DNA of 32,000 bases from Pyrobaculum aerophilum str. IM2 (GTDB lineage Archaea; Thermoproteota; Thermoprotei; Thermoproteales; Thermoproteaceae), in NCBI RefSeq assembly GCF_000007225.1, contig NC_003364.1, forward strand, positions 360,001 through 392,000, written 5' to 3'. The notes below the pieces were generated by a model, which saw only the letters and a list, made by a program, of their open reading frames with translations, searched no databases and was not told the DNA's origin. The translations under genes and the position numbers were made by a program. Position 1 is the first letter of the stretch. The number at the start of each line of letters is the position of its first letter. Positions 18,594 through 26,777 of the stretch are shown here, piece by piece.

Positions 18594-20002
18594 TTGACCC
18601 AAGGCGGCTGATATCCGCCAAAGGGCTTTCCAGGGGCGCCCATGTACCAAGTATCTTTCCACAAGGAGCGCTGCGTGGCCAGCGCCTTTGCAAGTGCGTC
18701 GTACCACAAGTCAGCCCTACCCGTCTGCACAAGCACTATAGACTGTTGCATAAGCGATTGCCACACGTCTGAAAACAGCGCGCCGTGTGTGAGACTGAGG
18801 ACATAAGACTTCGCGTTTCTATACTCTTCCACTTCCCACCTCTGAATAGCCGTGGGGTATATTGAGGGATCTATATTCTTGTATACCGCAATAGATCCCT
18901 TTAATGGGTTGAATATAGACTGCCCCTCCGGACTTGCGAAGTATTTAACAAACTGAATGCCTAAATCTGTAACAGGCCCCCCGGCGGGCACCGCAACCGA
19001 GTCTATGACGAGATTATACACGCCCTGCGTGCCGGGAAACGGCGCCACTATAATATTACAGTCAGGAGTAATAGAGGTATGCGGACACATCTTTACTTGG
19101 GGATATACGTTGTATATTAGGCCTACAACCCAGTCGCCATCCACATGAGCGAGGCCTTTGCCGGCCACTAAATCTGCCACAGCGCCTGTCCAGTCCAGCG
19201 CGGGCCAGTTAGTTGGGAAGGTTTTTGACAGCGTTAAGAAAATCTCAGTCGCCTGTCTCAACGATGGGTCATCAGCAGGGAGCGTGCCGTACATAAACAT
19301 TATAAATTTCTGAGGCCCCGCAACCGCTAAAAATACCTGCTCCCAGAGGTGAAGTATTGTGAATTGATCGGCGCCGGCCTGGAGGAGACAGGGTATTCCA
19401 GCTGAAGAGGCCTTGTTGCATAACGACAGTAAGTCATCAAGCGTTTTCGGCACAGAGCCCCCCAGCTTGTCCAGAACCTGTCTGTTGATGAAAATGAGAT
19501 TCGCGCGGTGTATGTTCACCGGCAGAGCGTATATCTTTCCATTCAGCGAACAAGCAGAAAGCACCTCGGAAGCTTGAACCGTCATGTCTATCTCCTTGGC
19601 TACTTGGCTAAGCTCTACAAAACTCCCCTCGCCCTTAGGCGCCACATATATATAACTTAACATCTCAGGCCCGCAGTGCACTTGAAAAGCAGCCGGGGGA
19701 CTGCCCGCCTGCATTAATGCCAGAATTGCAAACTTGGCATTTACGCCAGCACCGCCAGGTACTGCGGTTTTCTCAACTTGTATACCCGTCTTTTTCGTGA
19801 AATTGCCGATTACAGCATCAATAGCAAATCTCTCTAGGCCGGCCCACCACGTGTAAAACGTTATCTTTCTAGGCCCTGGGGCGGCTGTTGGAGTAGGCTG
19901 TGTCGTTGTTTGTTGCGGTTGGGACATAGTTCCTAGGAAATACGCAATTGCAGCCACGACAACTAACGCTATTATAATCGCTACCAATTGGGTAGACCTC
20001 AT
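18590..20002 (-). CDS. Sugar ABC transporter substrate-binding protein (family 1), membrane-anchored
   Basis: N-terminal TM anchor (LVAIIIALVVVAAIAYFLG), a Thr/Pro/Gln-rich linker (QPQQTTTQPTPTAAPGP), then an SBP core (ITFYTWWAG...). TTTAAA (20023-20028) lies 21-26 nt upstream of ATG 20002. Confidence 0.85.
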   Translation of the reverse strand: MRSTQLVAIIIALVVVAAIAYFLGTMSQPQQTTTQPTPTAAPGPRKITFYTWWAGLERFAIDAVIGNFTKKTGIQVEKTAVPGGAGVNAKFAILALMQAGSPPAAFQVHCGPEMLSYIYVAPKGEGSFVELSQVAKEIDMTVQASEVLSACSLNGKIYALPVNIHRANLIFINRQVLDKLGGSVPKTLDDLLSLCNKASSAGIPCLLQAGADQFTILHLWEQVFLAVAGPQKFIMFMYGTLPADDPSLRQATEIFLTLSKTFPTNWPALDWTGAVADLVAGKGLAHVDGDWVVGLIYNVYPQVKMCPHTSITPDCNIIVAPFPGTQGVYNLVIDSVAVPAGGPVTDLGIQFVKYFASPEGQSIFNPLKGSIAVYKNIDPSIYPTAIQRWEVEEYRNAKSYVLSLTHGALFSDVWQSLMQQSIVLVQTGRADLWYDALAKALATQRSLWKDTWYMGAPGKPFGGYQPPWVK

Positions 20003-20093
20003 GTTAACAGAGTATGTTTTAGTTTAAATGCATTTACCTATTTATCTACTTCTATATTGTATATAGGCGTGTATTCATATTTTATAGTATATA

Positions 20094-20116
20094 GAATTGT
20101 CAAATCTACACAATTC
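20094..20116. promoter_or_regulatory. Inverted repeat GAATTGT-N9-ACAATTC upstream of the sugar ABC operon (candidate operator)
   Basis: Read directly from the sequence. It lies ~92-114 nt upstream of the SBP start in a 197-nt AT-rich spacer that also contains CTATAT-TGT-ATATAG (20052-20066). Confidence 0.3.
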
Positions 20117-20199
20117 ATTGGACAAGCGCACAATTTATATCAGACAGATATATTTTGCCTAATCGCCATTCCAAACCACAGTACGTAAAAGGGGAAAGG

Positions 20200-20284
20200 C
20201 GCCGGGGGTGGGATTTGAACCCACGCCCCCTGGACGGGGACGGGATCTCGAGTCCCGCGCCTTGGGCCGCTCGGCCACCCCGGC
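20200..20284 (-). tRNA. tRNA-Ser(CGA): tRNA-Ser (anticodon CGA), class II with a long variable arm, no intron, CCA not encoded
   Basis: The hand-folded cloverleaf runs as follows. Acceptor GCCGGGG/CCCCGGC. D arm GCC-GAGCGGCCCAA-GGC. Anticodon stem CGGGA/TCCCG with loop CTCGAGA. Variable arm CCCC-GTCCA-GGGG. T arm GTGGG-TTCAAAT-CCCAC. Discriminator G. TATA-like TTTTAAAA (20305-20312) lies 21-28 nt upstream. Confidence 0.92.
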
Positions 20285-20352
20285 AAATTTTCACAACACC
20301 TCAGTTTTAAAACTTTCCCCGACGTATCCTAGCGGCGCTTAAAACCGATATA

Positions 20353-21481
20353 TCATTTAATCTCCCAGCCAGCCAAGTCGCTGAACTTCTGCTCCGGGGC
20401 GCAGTAGCCGTGAGTACAGACAGGTGAGGCCGACTTACAATAGGCGGAGAGCGCCTTTCTGAGTGAGCAGAGATCAGCGATTTTACACACGCCCCCCACC
20501 ACGATGACGTTCTCAGGCTTTAAGTCGCCGTGATAGAGCCCGCAGCCGTGGAGATAGCGGTGGCCCTCAGCCACGTGCACCAAAGCTTTTCAAGATCTCT
20601 TTGGGAATAGCCCGCCCAGAGGCCTCTGGATTGCCAGAGAGCCCAGTCATAGAGCAAAAACCCCCTCAACTCGGGAGAGGCCTTTAACAGGAGGATGACT
20701 GGAGTGGACAAGGGATTTGACCATTTCCACCGGGCGTTGCGCCACTCCCCGGGAGAAGAAGGGGGGGGGGGGGGATGGGGAGGCGACGATCTTAGCCGCA
20801 ACTCCTCCTTATGCGTAACGGTAGACGTAGAAGAAGGGATCAGCCCCCACGTAGACGTAGTTGGAAAGGCAGTTTCTTGGCGTTTACGTCAGCCCCCATT
20901 TCAATGAGAAGTTTAGCCACGTTGAGATAACCGCTCTATGCGGCTAAGCGCAACGTTTTTAATATCGCCTCCTATAACGGCTCCTCGCTTATATCCATAA
21001 GCATAAAAGCTGGGCTTTTTTACCCTTTCAAACGGCCTCTACGAGATGGTTTTTAAGCGTTTAAACGTTGGATCTGGGCGTATTAAAGTTAAGCGTCAGC
21101 ATTTAGCTGTTGCGAGGCAATGGACAGCGCTTGTAAGCCCCCCGCTTTGCTTTGTCAAGCGGCGTCGCACCTTCGTCATCTTTAGCACACGGATCCGCGC
21201 CGTGTTCTAAAAGCGACTTAACGATTTTGACATGGCGGCCTTAGGTAGCGTCGTGTTATCGCGTCTATTCTTCACGTCCGTGTGCTTAGATTCAAATAGG
21301 CGTGCGCCGGTGGAACATCGTAAATTCGCCTATTTCACGTCTGTAGATCCTAGTCGACGTGCTTAAAAGGAGCACAAAGGCATCGGCTATAAGCTGCTCA
21401 AGTGGTATGCCGAAGTGAATGAGAGAGCGACATTATTACAAAGCGTTAAACAGCGCCCAGACACCCCGGCTATTCCCCCAT
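20353..21481 (-). pseudogene. Decayed ankyrin-repeat / Ser-Thr protein kinase gene
   Basis: My minus-strand translation gives ankyrin repeats: GRHVKIVKSLLEHGADPCAKDDEGATPL at 21240-21139 and TLRLAA*SGYLNVAKLLIEMGADVNAK at 20959-20880. More degenerate copies lie further up, separated by frameshifts. A kinase core follows in one frame: VGADPFFYVYRYA*GGVAAKIV...HRYLHGCGLYHGDLKPENV...CKIADL...YCAPE. That frame is interrupted by TAA (20811-20809), TGA (20649-20647) and TGA (20592-20590). Confidence 0.8.
20761..20774. repeat. G14/C14 mononucleotide tract inside the kinase pseudogene
   Basis: Counted directly: 14 consecutive G on the + strand. This is the longest homopolymer I saw in the window. 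On the - strand it encodes SPSPPPPFF between the kinase VAAK and alphaC-like segments. Confidence 0.95.
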
Positions 21482-21567
21482 TGTGTTATAAAGTTTACCC
21501 CGAATGCTATATTGTTAAGCGGCTTTGGGGGGCTAAATTTTATATACTATTTCGTTGACTGGCCCTT

Positions 21568-21765
21568 ATGTCAATTAGGGGGGCGAAGTTCCACGGGCCG
21601 ACTCCGCCTTCAGACACGACTACAAACTGGGTGCTGGCGCCGCTGGAAAGAGGCGTCGTATTTGCGTGTCCTAATTGTGGGAAAACTACTATTATAAGAA
21701 GCGCAAGGTCGAGGAAGTTAGGCGTGACCTACCGTTGCCCTGAGTGCGGCTTCGTGGGGCCTTGA
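21568..21765 (+). CDS. Small Zn-ribbon protein (COG2888-like, translation-associated)
   Basis: CPNCG...x17...CPECG ribbon located immediately upstream of aEF-1beta. TATA-like AAATTTTATATA (21535-21546) lies 22-33 nt upstream of ATG 21568. Confidence 0.65.
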   Translation: MSIRGAKFHGPTPPSDTTTNWVLAPLERGVVFACPNCGKTTIIRSARSRKLGVTYRCPECGFVGP

Positions 21766-21813
21766 TACTCTTTGGGGGATAAGTTTTATAAATGTATATT
21801 GTTGCTGGGGGTC

Positions 21814-22092
21814 ATGTCGGCTGAGGTAGCACTTGTATACAGAGTCCTCCCAGACAGCGCCGAGGTGAATATTGAGAAGTTAAAAAACGACGTTATTAAT
21901 AAGTTGGCGCCTAAATACAAGGTGGATAAGGTGGAGGTCGAAGAAATTGGGTTTGGCATTAAAGCCTTGAGGTTATATATCAGAATGCCGGAGTCAGATG
22001 AGTATAGTTCCGACGAGATAGAGGAGTTGTTGAGATCAGTAGAGGGAGTGGGCGGCTACGAACTGGAATATTTCTCCAGGCTGAGTTTTTGA
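21814..22092 (+). CDS. ef1b: Translation elongation factor aEF-1 beta
   Basis: A 92-aa protein ([24 protein letters not shown]...[15 protein letters not shown]...) of typical aEF-1beta size and sequence. ATG 21814 lies 22-30 nt downstream of TTTTATAAA (21784-21792). The track start is TTG 21772. Confidence 0.88.
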   Translation: MSAEVALVYRVLPDSAEVNIEKLKNDVINKLAPKYKVDKVEVEEIGFGIKALRLYIRMPESDEYSSDEIEELLRSVEGVGGYELEYFSRLSF

Positions 22093-22128
22093 TATCAAGT
22101 TTTTATACCTAGATCGGTTCTGTTATCC

Positions 22129-24324
22129 GTGTCTGACTGGATTGAGCTAAGAGTCCAGGAGAGTAAGGCCCGTGACGCCAACAGGCCGGTGGTTAGAATT
22201 GACCCTGAGGTTATGGAAAGGGCCGGAATTGTTGTTGGAGACGTGGTGGAGATTGTGGGAAGGAGGAGGACTGCGGCTAAGGTCTGGAACGGCCTCCCTG
22301 AGGATAGGGGGAAAGGCGTTATTAGAATGAACAGTATTTTGCGTAAAAATGCAGACGTTTCGCTTAATGAGACTGTAAAAGTAAGAAGGGTGGAGCCTAA
22401 GCCCGCGGCTTTTGTAAAACTAGCCCCAGTCTCTATGACTATAGCCGTCGACGCCAATTTCTTACAGTACATAAAACAAAGGCTTAGGGAATACGTACTC
22501 GTTGAGGGCGACATGTTACAAATTCACGTCCTCAGCCAGCCCCTGACTTTTCAAGTAGTACAAACTAAGCCATCTAACACCGTGTTAATTATTACAGAGG
22601 ACACGCAAATTCAGATTTTCGAAAAGCCGGTATCTGGAGTTAAAATCCCGCATGTGACTTGGGAGGATATTGGCGATTTAGAAGACGCCAAGCAGAAAAT
22701 TAGAGAGCTTGTGGAGCTCCCCTTGCGCCATCCCGAGTTGTTTAAACATTTAGGCATTGAGCCTCCCAAGGGAATTCTCCTCATTGGCCCTCCGGGGACT
22801 GGGAAGACTCTCTTGGCCAAGGCCGTTGCCAATGAGGCCAATGCCTATTTCGTCGCCATAAACGGCCCCGAGATTATGTCTAAATACTACGGCGAATCTG
22901 AGGCAAGGCTGAGGGAGATATTTGAAGAGGCTAAGAAAAACGCCCCGGCGATAATTTTCATAGACGAAATAGACGCCATAGCCCCAAAGAGAGAGGAAGT
23001 GACTGGGGAGGTGGAGAAGAGAGTAGTGGCCCAGCTACTTACGCTAATGGACGGGCTACAAGAAAGAGGACAAGTGATAGTCATAGGCGCCACCAACCGC
23101 CCAGACGCAGTAGACCCGGCGTTGAGAAGGCCGGGGAGATTCGACAGAGAAATTTGGATTAACCCGCCTGACTTCAAGGGGAGGTATGAAATTCTCTTAA
23201 TACACACCCGTAACATGCCCCTGGCTCCTGACGTAGATTTGAGAAAACTGGCCGAGATGACCCACGGCTTCTCCGGGGCTGATCTGGCCGCCCTGGCTAG
23301 AGAGGCCGCCATGTCGGCGTTGCGGAGGGCGATACAAAGCGGCTTAATTGACTTGAACCAGCCGTCTATACCTCCTGAGGTGTTTGAGAAAATTAAGGTG
23401 ACAATGACCGATTTCACAAGCGCGCTTAGGGAGATAGTCCCCTCTGCGTTGAGAGAAATACACATAGAGGTTCCTCGGGTCCGCTGGGAGGACGTCGGAG
23501 GCTTAGAAAACGTAAAGCAAGAGTTGAGAGAAGCCGTGGAGTGGCCTTTGAAATATCCAGACAAGTTTAAGAAATTTGGACTGAGGCCTCCCAAGGGCAT
23601 ATTGCTCTTCGGGCCTCCCGGCACTGGGAAGACCCTCTTGGCGAAGGCCGTGGCCACTGAGTCAGGCGCCAATTTCATTGCGGTAAGAGGCCCGGAGATA
23701 TTCTCTAAATGGGTCGGCGAGTCTGAGAAAATGGTGAGGGAGATTTTTAGAAAGGCGCGTATGGCGGCGCCGGCGGTGGTGTTTATAGACGAAATAGATG
23801 CCTTAGCCACTGCGAGAGGGCTTGGCGGCGACTCGCTTGTAACAGAACGCGTCGTGGCGCAGTTGCTCGCCGAAATGGACGGCATAAAGGCGCTTGAAAA
23901 CGTGGTGGTAATCGCCGCAACAAATAGACCTGATCTTGTAGACCCGGCGTTGCTGAGGCCCGGGCGTTTTGATAGAATTATTTACGTGCCTCCTCCAGAT
24001 TTTAAGGCGAGGCTTGACATCTTGCTTATACACACTAGATCCACGCCTCTTGCAAAAGACGTCGACTTGGAGGAGCTAGCCCGGAGGACTGAGGGATATT
24101 CCGGGGCGGATTTAGAGCTTTTAGTAAGAGAGGCGACGTTCTTAGCGCTTAGGGAGGACATAAACGCAAAGGAGGTTTCAATGAGGCATTTTGAAGAGGC
24201 TATGAAAAAAGTGAGGCCCTCTATAACTCCCGACATGCTTAAGTTCTACGAGTCGTGGCTGGAGAAGGCCAGGCAGTTAACAGTTTCTGCTAAGGCGAAG
24301 GCCACGCCCCCGCTGTATTTATGA
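22129..24324 (+). CDS. cdc48: Cdc48/VCP-like AAA+ ATPase (two AAA domains plus an N domain)
   Basis: Double-psi-barrel-type N domain, two Walker A motifs ([15 protein letters not shown] twice) and two Walker B motifs ([18 protein letters not shown]). TATA-like GTTTTTATACC (22099-22109) lies upstream of GTG 22129. Confidence 0.95.
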   Translation: MSDWIELRVQESKARDANRPVVRIDPEVMERAGIVVGDVVEIVGRRRTAAKVWNGLPEDRGKGVIRMNSILRKNADVSLNETVKVRRVEPKPAAFVKLAPVSMTIAVDANFLQYIKQRLREYVLVEGDMLQIHVLSQPLTFQVVQTKPSNTVLIITEDTQIQIFEKPVSGVKIPHVTWEDIGDLEDAKQKIRELVELPLRHPELFKHLGIEPPKGILLIGPPGTGKTLLAKAVANEANAYFVAINGPEIMSKYYGESEARLREIFEEAKKNAPAIIFIDEIDAIAPKREEVTGEVEKRVVAQLLTLMDGLQERGQVIVIGATNRPDAVDPALRRPGRFDREIWINPPDFKGRYEILLIHTRNMPLAPDVDLRKLAEMTHGFSGADLAALAREAAMSALRRAIQSGLIDLNQPSIPPEVFEKIKVTMTDFTSALREIVPSALREIHIEVPRVRWEDVGGLENVKQELREAVEWPLKYPDKFKKFGLRPPKGILLFGPPGTGKTLLAKAVATESGANFIAVRGPEIFSKWVGESEKMVREIFRKARMAAPAVVFIDEIDALATARGLGGDSLVTERVVAQLLAEMDGIKALENVVVIAATNRPDLVDPALLRPGRFDRIIYVPPPDFKARLDILLIHTRSTPLAKDVDLEELARRTEGYSGADLELLVREATFLALREDINAKEVSMRHFEEAMKKVRPSITPDMLKFYESWLEKARQLTVSAKAKATPPLYL

Positions 24325-24542
24325 TCATAACCACAGTGGGGAACATAATTGAGATGTTGCTCAAGAGACAGGAGACTATTACCAGCGAGGATGTAAAAAC
24401 GCTTTTAAAACGCGCCAATATCAACATCTCAGAGGAGGAGTTAACTAAGGCGCTGATGGTGTTAGAGTTATACAAAAAAATCTACGTCAAGAGGACGAAG
24501 AGGGAGGGGAGGGATATCTACCAGATCTCTAGGCGTAGATAA
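24321..24542 (+). CDS. Small hypothetical protein (73 aa), possibly winged-helix-like, translationally coupled to cdc48
   Basis: ATGA overlap with the cdc48 stop. It has a helical N-terminal two-thirds and a basic beta-hairpin-like C-terminus ([22 protein letters not shown]). No family was recognised. Confidence 0.5.
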   Translation: MIITTVGNIIEMLLKRQETITSEDVKTLLKRANINISEEELTKALMVLELYKKIYVKRTKREGRDIYQISRRR

Positions 24543-24567
24543 TTTAAATATCTCCCTCTGGCCTTTT

Positions 24568-25608
24568 GTGGGAGTTACTGAGTTGGGTAAGCTTATTGGC
24601 AAAGAGGTCCGCCGCGAGGTTAAACTGGAAAGTCTCTCGGGCAAGTGTATTGCCCTTGACGCGTACAACGCCTTGTACCAATTCCTTGCGTCTATTAGAC
24701 AGCCAGATGGGACGCCTCTAATGGACAGAGCTGGGAGGATTACTAGTCATCTCTCGGGTTTGTTCTACCGTACTATCAACCTCCTTGAGGCCGGCATTAG
24801 GCCTGTTTATGTTTTTGATGGGAAGCCTCCCGAATTTAAACTGGCTGAAATTGAAGAAAGGAGGAAGACGCGTGAGAAGGCCATGGAAGAGGTGTTGAGG
24901 GCCATTAAGGAGGGGAGGAGGGAAGACGTGGCTAAATACGCCAAAAGGGCTGTTTTTATTACCAGCGAAATGGTGGACGAGGCCAAGAGGCTGCTGAGCT
25001 ATATGGGCGTACCCTGGGTCCAAGCTCCAAGCGAGGGGGAGGCGCAAGCGGCTTATATGGCTAGAAAAGGACACTGCTGGGCCGTGGGAAGCCAGGATTA
25101 CGATTCGCTGTTATTTGGATCCCCCAAGTTAGTCAGAAATCTAGCGGTATCCCCTAAGCGTAAAATTGGAGAAGAGGTAATAGAGCTCACGCCGGAAATT
25201 ATTGAGCTAGACGCCGTCCTCAGGGCTTTGAGGCTAAAGAACAGAGAGCAACTAATAGACTTGGCTATTTTACTCGGCACAGATTACAACCCAGACGGCG
25301 TTCCCGGAGTGGGCCCCCAGAAGGCGTTAAAACTAATATGGGAATTTGGATCGCTTGAAAAACTATTAGAAACTGTATTAAAGGGGGCGTATTTCCCCAT
25401 TGACCCCCTGGAGATAAAGAAGTTCTTCCTCAATCCCCCAGTCACTGATCAATACGCCACTGAGGTGAGAGACCCAGACGAGGCGGCCCTCAAGGACTTT
25501 CTTATACGCGAACACGACTTCAGCGAGGAGAGGGTGTCTAAGGCACTTGAGAGGCTGAGAAAAGCCCGGGGGAAGTTAAAAACTTCCTCTCTCGACTCCT
25601 TTTTCTAA
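24568..25608 (+). CDS. fen: Flap endonuclease 1 (FEN-1)
   Basis: MGVTELGKLI...DAYNALYQFL...VYVFDGKPPEFK...SEGEAQAAYM...QDYDSLLFG...GTDYNP. TATA-like AATTTAAATA (24541-24550) lies 18-27 nt upstream of GTG 24568. Confidence 0.95.
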   Translation: MGVTELGKLIGKEVRREVKLESLSGKCIALDAYNALYQFLASIRQPDGTPLMDRAGRITSHLSGLFYRTINLLEAGIRPVYVFDGKPPEFKLAEIEERRKTREKAMEEVLRAIKEGRREDVAKYAKRAVFITSEMVDEAKRLLSYMGVPWVQAPSEGEAQAAYMARKGHCWAVGSQDYDSLLFGSPKLVRNLAVSPKRKIGEEVIELTPEIIELDAVLRALRLKNREQLIDLAILLGTDYNPDGVPGVGPQKALKLIWEFGSLEKLLETVLKGAYFPIDPLEIKKFFLNPPVTDQYATEVRDPDEAALKDFLIREHDFSEERVSKALERLRKARGKLKTSSLDSFF

Positions 25609-25856
25609 TTCCTTTTACTCACCTATAATCCGCCCCTTACAGTGAGAACAAAACCAGCTGTGGGAAAAGTTATAATCAATGTGTAGTTAAACGACAAGAG
25701 GTCTCTAGTGCCGGCCGCCCTAATGGACAATAATTTGATAAAGAAAAAAGAGTGTGTTTTTCCTGACAGGGGATTGGGCTGGAATCAAATTAAGGCAATG
25801 CGCAAAGAGAGAATAGGATGCCACAAGATTTATAGGCAACTGCGGACTCACTATAG

Positions 25857-26474
<618 letters not shown>

Positions 26475-26522
26475 TTTCATGAGAATCTCCGCTTCTTATT
26501 TTGGCTATCAGAGACACTGCTT

Positions 26523-26777
26523 ATGCCACTCCACTACTGCGTCGTATATTTGGTCTCTGTGTATCCCAATGCCGATCAGCTAGACGCCTTAGTAAAAAAT
26601 GCCTTTGACATGTGGAGAAAAGAGGGGACCACGGGTTTAATGTACTACAACACTATTACCACGGCCATCAGCCGAAGGATGGGCGCTTGTATTATAACCG
26701 TTCTCGCTAAAAAGGTACTAATCATTATGGTTGCTAGGAAATTGAAAAAGCGACAAAGGGAGGGGACTAATCGCTAA
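26523..26777 (+). CDS. Hypothetical protein (84 aa), orphan-like
   Basis: This is the only ORF of 60 aa or more in the 300-nt gap between pcm and aspS. A weak T-rich TATA-like TTATTTTG lies ~27 nt upstream. No recognisable motif, and its stop overlaps the aspS stop by 3 nt. Confidence 0.3.
   Translation: MPLHYCVVYLVSVYPNADQLDALVKNAFDMWRKEGTTGLMYYNTITTAISRRMGACIITVLAKKVLIIMVARKLKKRQREGTNR

Noticed and set aside
18496-18772. Small ORFs 18496..18732 (-), 18566..18772 (+) and the 18593-18707 extension of the permease
   Set aside because: They overlap the 3' end of the substrate-binding-protein gene. The ATGA-coupled ATG at 18593 gives a permease beginning directly with its first TM segment.
20590-20649. 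Two in-frame TGA codons in the kinase frame as possible selenocysteine or programmed readthrough sites
   Set aside because: The same frame also contains a TAA. The upstream ankyrin part has a TAG plus frameshifts. I saw no SECIS-like hairpin. Ordinary pseudogene decay explains everything.
20200-21560. tRNA-Ser flanked by degraded DNA as a remnant of an integrated virus or plasmid
   Set aside because: I saw no integrase fragment, no duplicated partial tRNA (att) sequence anywhere in the window, and no viral-type genes. The degraded DNA is accounted for by the ANK-kinase pseudogene.
20695-21697. Plus-strand track ORFs 20695..20907 and 21419..21697
   Set aside because: The first is the antisense reading of the pseudogene, including the G14 tract (EEGGGGGWGG). 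The second overlaps the better-supported Zn-ribbon ORF in another frame and spans its promoter.
22887-23885. A 332-aa minus-strand ORF, plus other long antisense ORFs in the track (e.g. 1982..2485, 6090..6539, 22095..22514, 15717..16169, 31279..31930)
   Set aside because: They lie antisense to strongly conserved genes (cdc48, rpoB, rpoA2, nfi/ribL, subtilase). They encode Ser/Thr/Pro/Leu-rich low-complexity sequence with no motifs, and they lack TATA-spaced starts. These are typical shadow ORFs.
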